Positions 1-7,980 of a stretch of 64,000 nucleotides of DNA are shown here, piece after piece. The notes under the pieces are model-generated. The model had not been told where the DNA came from. It did not search any database and saw nothing but the letters and a program-made list of their open reading frames with translations. Source of the DNA: Eubacteriales bacterium (GTDB taxonomy: Bacteria; Bacillota; Clostridia; Oscillospirales; CAG-272); the NCBI GenBank assembly GCA_045546615.1, contig JAZQDD010000013.1, positions 2,879-66,878 of the forward strand, given 5' to 3'. Both the position numbers and the translations under genes were made by a program. Numbering within the stretch: the stretch's first letter is position 1; each line of letters starts with the position of its first letter.

Positions 1-2
1 CA

Positions 3-158
3 TTAAAAGAATCCAATGAGACAAGTTATTGGTTAAAATTGATGTATGAAACCAGGAGAATAGATATTGCCACATACCAATATACCGAGAAGCTTTGTGG
101 CAATATTCGCAGATTGCTGATCGCTTCCTGCAAAACAGCGAAGGAGAATGCAAAATGA
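3..158 (+). CDS. four-helix-bundle protein (23S rRNA intervening-sequence protein family), C-terminal fragment cut by window edge
   Basis: Frame 3 is open from nt 3: LKESNETSYWLKLMYETRRIDIATYQYTEKLCGNIRRLLIASCKTAKENAK*. The E-x-ET-x-YWL helix is typical of this family. TGA 156-158 overlaps the next ATG (ATGA). Confidence 0.5.
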   Translation, partial: LKESNETSYWLKLMYETRRIDIATYQYTEKLCGNIRRLLIASCKTAKENAK

Positions 159-766
159 ATAAGATTATTTCGGATATTTCCGACTATATTTTTATTTCTG
201 ATGAGCCTGAAATGGTTGATGCAATCTTTCTGCCAGGAGGGTCACATCCTGAGCAACCTGAATATGCGGCCGAACTGTACCATAAAGGATATGCCAAGTG
301 GCTTATTCCCTCTGGTGGAGTTAGTGTTAAACGAGATAAATGGCCAGGTGTTCGTTCAAAAGCAGAAATATATAATGGTGATTATCAATCCGACTGCGCG
401 TTCTTTATCGATGTGTTTGTGAAAAACGGTGTGCCTATCGATGCAATTATTGGAGAGGATAAATCGGGGCATACTCGTGATAATGCTTTTCTTTCGCGAA
501 AAGCTGTTGACGAAAGTGGCATTGAGATAAAAACGGCATTAATTGTTTGCAAAGCGTTTCACGCCAGACGTTGCCTTATGCTTTATCAAATGGCTTTTCC
601 CAATGTTGAATTTAAGGTATGCCCTGTTCATTGCTACAATATAACAAAAGATAATTGGTTTACAACTGAAAAAGGCATTGACAGAGTATTGGGTGAACTC
701 GCGCGTTGTGGAAATCAATTTGTTGGGGATATGAAATCTTATTTATCCTCAATAACTAATAACTGA
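155..766 (+). CDS. DUF218 (YdcF/ElyC/SanA-like) family protein
   Basis: ORF 95..766 trimmed to ATG 155, with AAGGAGA at 141-147. The blocks AIFLPGGS, LIPSGG, GHTRDNA and CKAFHARR resemble DUF218 proteins. Confidence 0.7.
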   Translation: MNKIISDISDYIFISDEPEMVDAIFLPGGSHPEQPEYAAELYHKGYAKWLIPSGGVSVKRDKWPGVRSKAEIYNGDYQSDCAFFIDVFVKNGVPIDAIIGEDKSGHTRDNAFLSRKAVDESGIEIKTALIVCKAFHARRCLMLYQMAFPNVEFKVCPVHCYNITKDNWFTTEKGIDRVLGELARCGNQFVGDMKSYLSSITNN

Positions 767-853
767 CATATTCTAATCTATCTACCAGAGCAGTTACGCT
801 ACTTTTACTTACTTTTACCTCAATTCTGCTCCGTTTGGTTACTCTTTCGCAAC

Positions 854-893
854 AAAAAGCCCTCTTTTGTCTACCGGACAAAAGAGGTTTTTT
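854..893. terminator. bidirectional intrinsic terminator between convergent DUF218 gene and XRE operon
   Basis: Stem CCTCTTTTGTC (861-871) / GACAAAAGAGG (877-887), loop TACCG, flanked by an A-run (854-858) and a T-run (888-893). Confidence 0.7.
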
Positions 894-900
894 ACAATGA

Positions 901-1014
901 TATCCGTTCCTTGAGGAACGGGTGATAAAGCTGACGCTATGATATCTGCTTCGCAGATGATATACGCTTCGCGTATGAAAGGAACGGATATTATATCATA
1001 TTTGCGTAGCAAAT
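901..1014. repeat. array of short hairpins with 18-nt tandem periodicity (GCGAAGC-type mini-hairpins on minus strand)
   Basis: Hairpins: 904-921 (CCGTTCC/GGAACGG), 944-958 (ATCTGC-TTC-GCAGAT), 962-976 (ATACGC-TTC-GCGTAT), 1000-1014 (ATTTGC-GTA-GCAAAT). 901-910 is also complementary to 981-990. Tandem 18-mers at 939-956 and 957-974 (14/18 identical). Confidence 0.5.
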
Positions 1015-1079
1015 GCATCATGTCGCCATTTGCCTCCATCAACACCGCGAAAGAGAATAACAAATAACTACCAATAGGT

Positions 1080-1292
1080 TTAAAAATAAAAAAGCTCCTC
1101 GAATTTTTTATCCAATGCGATACATAAAATAAGCGCAAGCTTTGCCGTGGGACTAAATTGCCCCGTTTCTATGGAGCTTATCGTGTTTCTTGATACGCCA
1201 ACCGCTTCCGCAAGCTGTGATTGAGATAAGCCTGCCTGCGTGCGAGCTTCTTTCAGATTGTTTTTCAGAACCAATAAGGAATCGTCTTTCAT
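1080..1292 (-). CDS. short XRE-family helix-turn-helix transcriptional regulator
   Basis: ORF 1080..1445 trimmed to MKDDSLL (ATG 1290-1292). HTH LSQSQLAEAVGVSRNTISSIETGQ. 4-nt overlap with the upstream membrane-protein gene. Confidence 0.85.
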   Translation of the reverse strand: MKDDSLLVLKNNLKEARTQAGLSQSQLAEAVGVSRNTISSIETGQFSPTAKLALILCIALDKKFEELFYF

Positions 1293-1618
1293 TTCTGCAA
1301 CCCCAAAACTATCATTCCGATAAAGCAGGCGATACCAAACGAAATGCCTATCAGTGCTTGAACCAACCTGATTTTTTCCTTTGACTTCAGGAAATGGTAA
1401 AGATGACGGCTTCCAAATATACCAAAATATACCGCCCAGGCACAAAGTCCAAGCAATGGCTGGTCTACAATTCTTGAAAAAATAACGATTATTACAGATA
1501 TAATTCCGCCAACGGCGACCCCTATTTTAGAAGCGTTGGCGAATATTTGTAATTCGCGCTCGTCGGACTTGCCTTCGTTTTCTTTTCTGCTTTTTGCTAA
1601 AATTTCTTCTTTGTTCAT
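1289..1618 (-). CDS. small multi-pass membrane protein co-transcribed with XRE regulator
   Basis: ORF 1289..1636 trimmed to MNKEEIL (ATG 1616-1618; AAGGAGT RBS is the complement of 1624-1630). Hydrophobic helices VAVGGIISVIIVIF, AWAVYFGIFG, ISFGIACFIGMIVLGL. Confidence 0.7.
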   Translation of the reverse strand: MNKEEILAKSRKENEGKSDERELQIFANASKIGVAVGGIISVIIVIFSRIVDQPLLGLCAWAVYFGIFGSRHLYHFLKSKEKIRLVQALIGISFGIACFIGMIVLGLQK

Positions 1619-1631
1619 AATGAACTCCTTT

Positions 1632-1703
1632 GCCAAGTTTTGTTGGCTATATTATACATCTGACAAGTTTTCTTGTCAATAGCTTTTGCCAAGTTTTCTT
1701 GTC
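1632..1703. promoter_or_regulatory. three copies of a 16-bp palindromic operator-like motif G(A/C)CAAG-TTTT-(C/G)TTG(T/G)C
   Basis: GCCAAGTTTTGTTGGC 1632-1647; GACAAGTTTTCTTGTC 1662-1677 (perfect palindrome); GCCAAGTTTTCTTGTC 1688-1703. Confidence 0.6.
1651..1679 (-). promoter_or_regulatory. sigma-A-type promoter of membrane-protein/XRE operon
   Basis: On the minus strand: TTGACA (complement of 1674-1679), 17 nt, TATAAT (complement of 1651-1656). Confidence 0.6.
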
Positions 1704-1760
1704 TTTTTTGAAAAAATTGATTTAGTGATTTGTTTACGTTTTAAAATTATAAGGATAAAA

Positions 1761-2276
1761 ATGAAAATTGCAATTATCGGATACAGCGGATCGGGAAAAT
1801 CCACGCTTGCGAAAAGACTTTCCGAAGCCTATAAAACTGACGTTTTACACTTCGATACGGTTCAGTTCTTACCGAACTGGGAGATACGAAGCGAGGAAGA
1901 AAAGCTGAAAATAACAAAAGGGTTTTTGGATTCACACACCTCGTGGATCATCGACGGCACTTATTCAAAGCTGTATTACGATCGCCGTATGGAAGAGGCG
2001 GACGTGATAATTATGCTTTTGTTTAACCGCTTTTCCTGCTTGTTTCGTGCCTTTTGCAGATATCTTAATTACAAAAACACCACGCGCCCCGATATGGCGG
2101 AGGGCTGTAACGAAAAGTTTGATTTTGATTTCGCTTCGTGGATCTTATGGCGCGGCAGGTCAAGAAAAACTAAAGACAGACACAAGCGCTTGATTTCTCA
2201 ATACGCTGACAAAGTAGTGGTAATTAAAAATCAAAGACAGCTCGACAAATATATCAAAACTATAGAAAAAACGTAA
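1761..2276 (+). CDS. P-loop NTPase, adenylate-kinase-like (topology modulation protein FlaR-like)
   Basis: ORF 1686..2276 trimmed to ATG 1761 (AAGGAT 1751-1756). Walker A IIGYSGSGKST. Size and layout match the FlaR/AAA kinase family. Confidence 0.7.
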   Translation: MKIAIIGYSGSGKSTLAKRLSEAYKTDVLHFDTVQFLPNWEIRSEEEKLKITKGFLDSHTSWIIDGTYSKLYYDRRMEEADVIIMLLFNRFSCLFRAFCRYLNYKNTTRPDMAEGCNEKFDFDFASWILWRGRSRKTKDRHKRLISQYADKVVVIKNQRQLDKYIKTIEKT

Positions 2277-2386
2277 AAATATCGCAATTTTCACTCTACT
2301 GTCGGTAGAATTCCCCACACTCAACCGACGGTGTGTTGATATTTATCGCAAAAAGGGTTATGCTGATAGCGAAAGGAGGCGCGTCG

Positions 2387-2998
2387 ATGGACCAGACGAA
2401 GATCGGAAAATTCATATCTGAATGCAGAAAAAAGGCGGGACTTACGCAAGCACAGCTCGCCGAAAGGCTGAATATCACCGACAGGGCAGTATCGAAATGG
2501 GAAACGGGCAAGTCGCTACCGGACTCATCGATAATGCTTGAGCTTTGCGCTATTCTCGGTATCAGCGTAAATGATTTACTCAGTGGGGAGGTAGTTACAA
2601 TGGATAATTACAACAAAGAATTAGAAAAAAACCTGCTTGAAATGGTCAAGCAAAAAGAAGAATCCGACAAGAGATTGCTCAAGTTGGAAATCGTCCTGGG
2701 CATAATCGCCGTCTTGCCGCTTATCGCTGCAGCGGTAATCGCGAGTATTGTGCCAATGGAGGAATGGAAGGGGGGCTTGCTTGTCGGACTCAGTCTGCTC
2801 CCTCTTTTGATCGCAACTCCGTTTGCATTAAAAATCGAGCAAAAAGCAGGCTACTATGAGTGTCCAAAGTGCGGACACAAGCATATTCCTCGATACAGCA
2901 GCGTATTCTGGGCTATGCACGTAAACAGAACGCGATATATGCGCTGCCCCAATTGCAAGCGTCATTCGTGGCAGAAAAAGGTCATAAGCCGCGATTGA
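2387..2998 (+). CDS. membrane-anchored XRE-family HTH regulator with C-terminal zinc ribbon
   Basis: ORF 2333..2998 trimmed to ATG 2387 (GAAAGGAGG 2371-2379). HTH LTQAQLAERLNITDRAVSKWETGKS. Two hydrophobic helices. C-terminal CPKCGH...CPNCKRH. Confidence 0.8.
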   Translation: MDQTKIGKFISECRKKAGLTQAQLAERLNITDRAVSKWETGKSLPDSSIMLELCAILGISVNDLLSGEVVTMDNYNKELEKNLLEMVKQKEESDKRLLKLEIVLGIIAVLPLIAAAVIASIVPMEEWKGGLLVGLSLLPLLIATPFALKIEQKAGYYECPKCGHKHIPRYSSVFWAMHVNRTRYMRCPNCKRHSWQKKVISRD

Positions 2999-3010
2999 AC
3001 GTAATATCAA

Positions 3011-3056
3011 GTGCCGTGTTTTGCTCCGAAAGGCGCGAAACACGGCACTCTTTGTT
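3011..3056 (+). terminator. intrinsic terminator after XRE/zinc-ribbon gene
   Basis: GTGCCGTGTTT (3011-3021) pairs with AAACACGGCAC (3038-3048), followed by TCTTTGTT. Confidence 0.6.
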
Positions 3057-3126
3057 ATATTTTGTATATTTTTACGCAAAAATGCAAAAAAAATCATCGT
3101 CGTTGCAAAAAAAATCCAATTTTTTA

Positions 3127-3155
3127 TTTACAAATCGTTAAAAATGTGGTAAAAT
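3127..3155 (+). promoter_or_regulatory. promoter of amino acid permease gene
   Basis: TTTACA 3127-3132, 17 nt, TAAAAT 3150-3155 with upstream TG (3146-3147). A second TATAAT lies at 3155-3160. Confidence 0.45.
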
Positions 3156-3207
3156 ATAATTTATTACAGAGCTTTCTCTGAAAAAAACTAAAATTAGGAG
3201 CAAAATT

Positions 3208-4635
3208 ATGGAAAAACTTACAAGAAAGTACGGTCTTCTTACGGCTATTTGTATGGTTGTGGGTACCGTAATAGGTTCAGGCGTATTCTTTAAGGCACAG
3301 AACGTGCTTACAGCGACGGGCGGAAATATGCCTCTCGGTATTGCCGCGTGGGCTATCACCGGTCTTTTGATGATCCTTTGTTCGGCACAGTTCGCTGTAA
3401 TGGCAACAAAGTACGAGAAAGTCAGCGGCGTCGTTGACTACGCCGAGGCTACCTGCGGCAGGGGCTACGGCTACTATCTCGCATGGTTTATGGTAAACAT
3501 TTATTATCCCGGTATGACTTCTGTTCTTGCTTGGGTATCCGCAAGATACTTAGGCGTTCTTTTTGGTTGGAGTATGGTAGGGCCTGAGGTTCTTGCTCTT
3601 TCCGGTTTCTTCCTTGTCGCATCGTATACCATGAACGCACTTTCTCCGAAGCTGGCAGGAAAGTTTCAGGTCAGTGCAACCGTCATCAAGCTCATTCCCA
3701 TCGCGCTTATGGCTGTTGTTGGTACTATCGTCGGATTTGCGAACGGCACGCTGACACAGAACTTTACCACCGTCGTTGGTGAGGCAGTTGGCGGCACCGC
3801 CAGCAGCGGACTTTTTGCCGCTGTTGTAGCTACCGTATTTGCTTACGAGGGATGGATCGTTGCCACCTCTATCAACGCGGAGCTTAAAAATCCCAAGAAG
3901 AATCTGCCCTTGGCTCTTGTTATCGGAGCGTTTATCGTAGTTATTGCCTACATTATGTATTACATAGGAGTTGCGGGCGGAGCATCGAACGAGGTGCTGA
4001 TCAAAGAAGGCGCAACTACCGCGTTTTCCAATATTTTCGGTTTTGTGGGCGGCACGCTTCTCAATATCTGTATCGTTGTATCCTGCCTTGGCACGCTTAA
4101 CGGACTCATGGTTGGCGCAACCCGTGGTATGTATGCTATTGCCGCACGCGGCGAGGGGCCTGCTCCCCGTATGTTCGTTCAGATCGACAAGGCTACCAAT
4201 ATGACTACTAACTCGTCCATCTGGGGCTTGTTTATCTGTGCTATATGGCTCATTTACTTCTATGGAGCGAATCTGACAAGCGGTTGGTTCGGACTTTTTA
4301 ACTTTGACTCTTCCGAACTTCCCATCGTTACCATCTACGCAATGTATATTCCCATGTTCATCGCTTGGATGAAGAAGGAAAAGGACCTTGGCGTGTTCAA
4401 GCGCTTTGTTCTTCCCATACTTTCCCTTATTGCTTGTCTGTTCATGGTATTTGCGGCAGTTTACGCTCACGGTATCACCCCCTACCTCAAGGCAAGCGAA
4501 GCCGGTGAGTTTTCATTCCCCGTACTGTTCTACCTCATAGTTTTTGCAGTAGTCATGTTCTTGGGCTTTGTTTTCAGGCGCAGAGGCGGCAAAACTTCTG
4601 AAAAAGTGGACGGCGAAAACAATATCGAAGAATAA
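3208..4635 (+). CDS. APC-superfamily amino acid permease
   Basis: 475 aa with about 12 hydrophobic segments. N-terminal LLTAICMVVGTVIGSGVFF signature of amino-acid/polyamine/organocation permeases. AGGAG RBS at 3196-3200. Confidence 0.85.
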   Translation: MEKLTRKYGLLTAICMVVGTVIGSGVFFKAQNVLTATGGNMPLGIAAWAITGLLMILCSAQFAVMATKYEKVSGVVDYAEATCGRGYGYYLAWFMVNIYYPGMTSVLAWVSARYLGVLFGWSMVGPEVLALSGFFLVASYTMNALSPKLAGKFQVSATVIKLIPIALMAVVGTIVGFANGTLTQNFTTVVGEAVGGTASSGLFAAVVATVFAYEGWIVATSINAELKNPKKNLPLALVIGAFIVVIAYIMYYIGVAGGASNEVLIKEGATTAFSNIFGFVGGTLLNICIVVSCLGTLNGLMVGATRGMYAIAARGEGPAPRMFVQIDKATNMTTNSSIWGLFICAIWLIYFYGANLTSGWFGLFNFDSSELPIVTIYAMYIPMFIAWMKKEKDLGVFKRFVLPILSLIACLFMVFAAVYAHGITPYLKASEAGEFSFPVLFYLIVFAVVMFLGFVFRRRGGKTSEKVDGENNIEE

Positions 4636-4647
4636 TATTTTCATCCA

Positions 4648-4685
4648 AAGCCTCCGAAAAAAACGGGGGCTTTGTTTGTTTTTTG
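4648..4685 (+). terminator. intrinsic terminator after permease gene
   Basis: AAAGCCTCCG / CGGGGGCTTT stem (one G-U pair) with an A7 loop, followed by GTTTGTTTTTT. Confidence 0.7.
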
Positions 4686-4754
4686 AGATTTTAAGTTGAA
4701 TTTGGAAGATTTTGTGATATAATATTCTTAATCTCTGTGAAAGGATATCACCCA

Positions 4755-5960
4755 ATGAAGAAAAAGAACATCAGTGTTTTGTGTTGCTTATATGCAATCC
4801 TTATGCTCCTTGGCATAGCTTGTATTCCCGCTTGCGGCGGCGGCTCGAATGTTCCCGATACAACATCAACAGACGGCGATGCCAATACTTCGCCAAACTT
4901 TACTACTCCCGAGCCTCCCTCGTCTAACTCCTCCCCCAAAGATAATATTACAAGTGAGTACGTGGTTATTACCGACTATGTCAAGCCAAACACGGGCAAG
5001 GACGTAAAGGACGAGATACAGGCTGTGATCGATGCCAATCCCAACCGCACCATATTTTTCCCCGATGGCGAATATATAATCAGAACCCCCATACGCACCT
5101 CTGCCGATCCTAAAAAGAGCGTTTGCTTGTTGCTTTCTAACTATGCGACCATAAAAGCGGCGAATAATTGGAGCTCTAAATATGCTATGATCTCTCTTGG
5201 CGCAAATGATAAGGACGTTAATGATATCATCGCGGCGGGAAGCTACTATTCTCTCATTGGCGGCATAATCGACGGAAACGGCGTTGCTAAAGGCGTTGAT
5301 ATCGAGGGCGGAAGAGAGACGTATATTAATAATGTATCAATGAAAAACGTTACTATCGGCTTGCACATAAAATACGGTACAAACTCCGGTTCGTCCGACG
5401 CCGATATCGTTGACGTGAACATAGTCGGTACGGGGGCGAAAGATTCCATAGGAGTACTTGTTGAGGGGCACGACAATACTTTCACCAACATGAGGATAGG
5501 AAAAGTAAACGTTGGTGTTAAAGTCTTTGGAAATGCAAATATGTTCCGTAACATACACCCCCTCTATTTCAATTCAGGCTTTGGCGAGATATACAAGGAC
5601 AGTGTTGGATTTTGGGATGTGAACGGAAACAATTGGTACGATTATTGTTACAGCGATCAGTTTGCTACAGCGTTCAGACTTGGCAAAAATGCGGTGAGCA
5701 TTTTTGATAATTGTCAGTCCTTCTGGTACACGCCCGAGGGCGATAAGCAGATTCTGTTCGATGCGGAAGGTCAATTCTGTTCTGTTGTAACGAATGCAAG
5801 AGTTGACTTTAAGCACTCTGCCAAGCTTAAATCAATTCTTATCGTTGATGAAGATGGCGGAAAGGGCGTTATTACAAATCTTGTTATGCGCAACGGAGCC
5901 GAAGTATCGGATTTGAAATACAAGGATTATCTGACAAACGAGCCTATTTTGTTCGGATAA
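4755..5960 (+). CDS. lipoprotein with pectate-lyase-superfamily (right-handed beta-helix) domain
   Basis: ORF trimmed to MKKKNISVL (ATG 4755). Signal peptide plus lipobox IPAC-GGG and an S/T/P-rich linker. The block DYVKPNTGKDVKDEIQAVIDANPNRTIFFPDGEYII is typical of Pectate_lyase_3-type beta-helix proteins. Confidence 0.55.
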   Translation: MKKKNISVLCCLYAILMLLGIACIPACGGGSNVPDTTSTDGDANTSPNFTTPEPPSSNSSPKDNITSEYVVITDYVKPNTGKDVKDEIQAVIDANPNRTIFFPDGEYIIRTPIRTSADPKKSVCLLLSNYATIKAANNWSSKYAMISLGANDKDVNDIIAAGSYYSLIGGIIDGNGVAKGVDIEGGRETYINNVSMKNVTIGLHIKYGTNSGSSDADIVDVNIVGTGAKDSIGVLVEGHDNTFTNMRIGKVNVGVKVFGNANMFRNIHPLYFNSGFGEIYKDSVGFWDVNGNNWYDYCYSDQFATAFRLGKNAVSIFDNCQSFWYTPEGDKQILFDAEGQFCSVVTNARVDFKHSAKLKSILIVDEDGGKGVITNLVMRNGAEVSDLKYKDYLTNEPILFG

Positions 5961-6013
5961 AGCAAAACGGCGTATGCATTTGACTTAAAACGCAAGAAAA
6001 ATTTAATCTATTA

Positions 6014-6055
6014 AGCCGTCCTCTCCCAAAACGGGAGGGCGGCATCTTTATGTTT
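6014..6055 (+). terminator. intrinsic terminator after beta-helix lipoprotein gene
   Basis: GCCGTCCTCTCCC ... GGGAGGGCGGC stem, followed by ATCTTTATGTTTT. Confidence 0.55.
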
Positions 6056-6111
6056 TCATAAATTTTGACATAGTTTTTATATTTCTTTTACAGTTCATCT
6101 TTATATTTTGC

Positions 6112-6140
6112 TTGACCAATTGCACCTTTTGTGATATAAT
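6112..6140 (+). promoter_or_regulatory. promoter upstream of sugar transferase operon
   Basis: TTGACC 6112-6117, 17 nt, TATAAT 6135-6140 with extended TG 6132-6133. It leaves a leader of about 160 nt. Confidence 0.5.
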
Positions 6141-6304
6141 GCAAAATGAAAATCTATGATTTCATATACAGAGAGGAAATGTTGTAAGGTTTTGTTTTTT
6201 TAATGTAACCATGGGAAGTAAGCGAATTTTCCTCTCGCGTTTTGAAAATGCAAAATTATTGCTCCCAATTGTTTAAAACACTTTATAATTTAGGAACGGT
6301 AAGT

Positions 6305-7018
6305 ATGGTTATAAAAAAATTTGAAGAGCTTCCGAAAAATATGCAAAACGATGCGGTGAAGGCATATTATGACATCCTTCGCAAAAAAAACGCAGCTCTT
6401 GTATTTAAACGCATTTTTGACGTTGTGGTTTCGCTTGTTATACTTGTTTTTCTTTTGCCGATTTTTTTGATAATCGCAATTGCGATCAAATTGGACTCGC
6501 GTGGGCCTGTGTTCTACCGTCAGGTCAGGATAACTCAGTATGGAAAGAAATTCCGAATTTTTAAATTCAGAACGATGCGGGAGGATGCAGACAGAACGGG
6601 TGAGCTTGTTACGGTAAAGGGAGACGCGCGCATCACGCGCGTTGGACGTGTGATAAGGAAATGCCGCATTGATGAGCTTCCCCAGCTTCTTAACGTTCTC
6701 GGCGGTTCGATGACCTTTGTCGGAACACGCCCCGAGGTTGAAAAATACGTTGATAAGTATACATCGGAGATGTTGGCTACGCTTTTGTTACCCGCAGGTA
6801 TTACATCCGAAGCAAGCATCTGTTTTAAGGATGAGGATGTGTTGCTTGTTGATATTAATGATATCGATGACGTATATATAAACGATATACTGCCTCAAAA
6901 AATGAAATACAATCTTTGCGCACTTGAAAATTTTAGCTTTTTTGGAGATATAGTTCTGATGTTTAAAACAGTCTTTGCCGTTCTCGGTAAGGACTATTCT
7001 GAGAAGGAGACAAAATGA
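6305..7018 (+). CDS. polyprenyl-phosphate sugar-phosphate transferase (bacterial sugar transferase, WbaP/EpsL C-terminal type)
   Basis: KRIFDVVVSLVILVFLLPIF...DSRGPVFYRQVRITQYGKKFRIFKFRTM...DELPQLLNVLGGSMTFVGTRP are hallmark motifs. The start could also be 6248. Confidence 0.85.
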   Translation: MVIKKFEELPKNMQNDAVKAYYDILRKKNAALVFKRIFDVVVSLVILVFLLPIFLIIAIAIKLDSRGPVFYRQVRITQYGKKFRIFKFRTMREDADRTGELVTVKGDARITRVGRVIRKCRIDELPQLLNVLGGSMTFVGTRPEVEKYVDKYTSEMLATLLLPAGITSEASICFKDEDVLLVDINDIDDVYINDILPQKMKYNLCALENFSFFGDIVLMFKTVFAVLGKDYSEKETK

Positions 7019-7968
7019 AGCTTACGTTTGATCAGATCAAAAAAATAGCAGTAGGCACAGTAGAGATCGCCGAGAATGATGGGGTTTTGTATTTTTACCG
7101 CAGTACCGCGAAACAGCGTGAGGTGTGGAAGGGAATGGCGGGAAATTCAAGCGGTAGCACAGGTGTGCGCCTTGATTTTCATACCAATTCCAGAACTGTA
7201 GTTTTCAACGCACCGTACGGCGGAAAATTTGAGTTATATATCAATGGCTTGCTCCGCCGTCAGTATCCTGCTGACAGAGACAAGAGCGAGCCGATAATAG
7301 CTGAGGCAAAGGGAATTATCGGCGAAGAGCTTGATGAATACAGAGTAACGCTTTATTTCCCGAATCATGACGAGGGCGGGGCGATAAGCTCCGTTGAGGT
7401 CGATGACGGCGCATTTGTGCGTCCTCACGATTTCGATATGAAGATGCTTTTTATCGGTGACTCGATCACGCAAGGCTGGGAATCAAAGTACGATACGCTT
7501 GCATACGCACAGCGTGTATCGATGTTCTTTAATGCAGATAGTATCATTCAGGGCATCGGCGGCATCTATTTCCGCATTAAAGCCTATGATAAGATAGATT
7601 ACGAGCCTGATGCCGTTATCATTTCCCTCGGAACTAATGATTTCAATCATTTCCCGACACTTGACGATATGAGGGTGCAGGTTTCGGGATTTCTTGACCT
7701 GCTTTGCGAGGATTTTTCGGACAAGAAGATATTTGTCATTTCACCCATTTGGCGCGCGCTCAAGAGTGAGGAGTCGTATGCGCGTTTTGCCGCCTGCCGT
7801 GATGTGGTCATCAGCGAGGCGGAGAAGCGCGGACTTATACATATTGACGGACTTACACTCGTACCGCCGGTTCCTGCGCTCTTTGCGGATAAGGTGCTTC
7901 ATCCCAACGATCTCGGATTCTCTATCTATTCAGAAAATCTTATAAAGGCACTTCAAAAATATCTTTGA
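7015..7968 (+). CDS. SGNH/GDSL hydrolase with N-terminal beta-sandwich domain
   Basis: GDS block MLFIGDSITQGW, GTND block ISLGTNDF, DxxH block LHPNDLG. ATGA overlap with the upstream gene. Confidence 0.8.
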   Translation: MKLTFDQIKKIAVGTVEIAENDGVLYFYRSTAKQREVWKGMAGNSSGSTGVRLDFHTNSRTVVFNAPYGGKFELYINGLLRRQYPADRDKSEPIIAEAKGIIGEELDEYRVTLYFPNHDEGGAISSVEVDDGAFVRPHDFDMKMLFIGDSITQGWESKYDTLAYAQRVSMFFNADSIIQGIGGIYFRIKAYDKIDYEPDAVIISLGTNDFNHFPTLDDMRVQVSGFLDLLCEDFSDKKIFVISPIWRALKSEESYARFAACRDVVISEAEKRGLIHIDGLTLVPPVPALFADKVLHPNDLGFSIYSENLIKALQKYL

Positions 7969-7980
7969 TGGAGGTTGCCT

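Noticed and set aside
95-154. Upstream TTG start extending the DUF218 ORF by 20 codons
   Set aside because: This stretch is the 3' end of the preceding four-helix-bundle gene in another frame. The ATG at 155 has a good AAGGAGA RBS and an ATGA stop/start overlap.
839-1138. 99-aa ORF (MRLFYVSHW...DIISVPFIREAYIICEADIIASA...)
   Set aside because: It reads through the hairpin/tandem-repeat array and the bidirectional terminator, and it overlaps the XRE gene's 3' end. Its periodic peptide simply mirrors the 18-nt DNA repeat. I treat it as non-coding.
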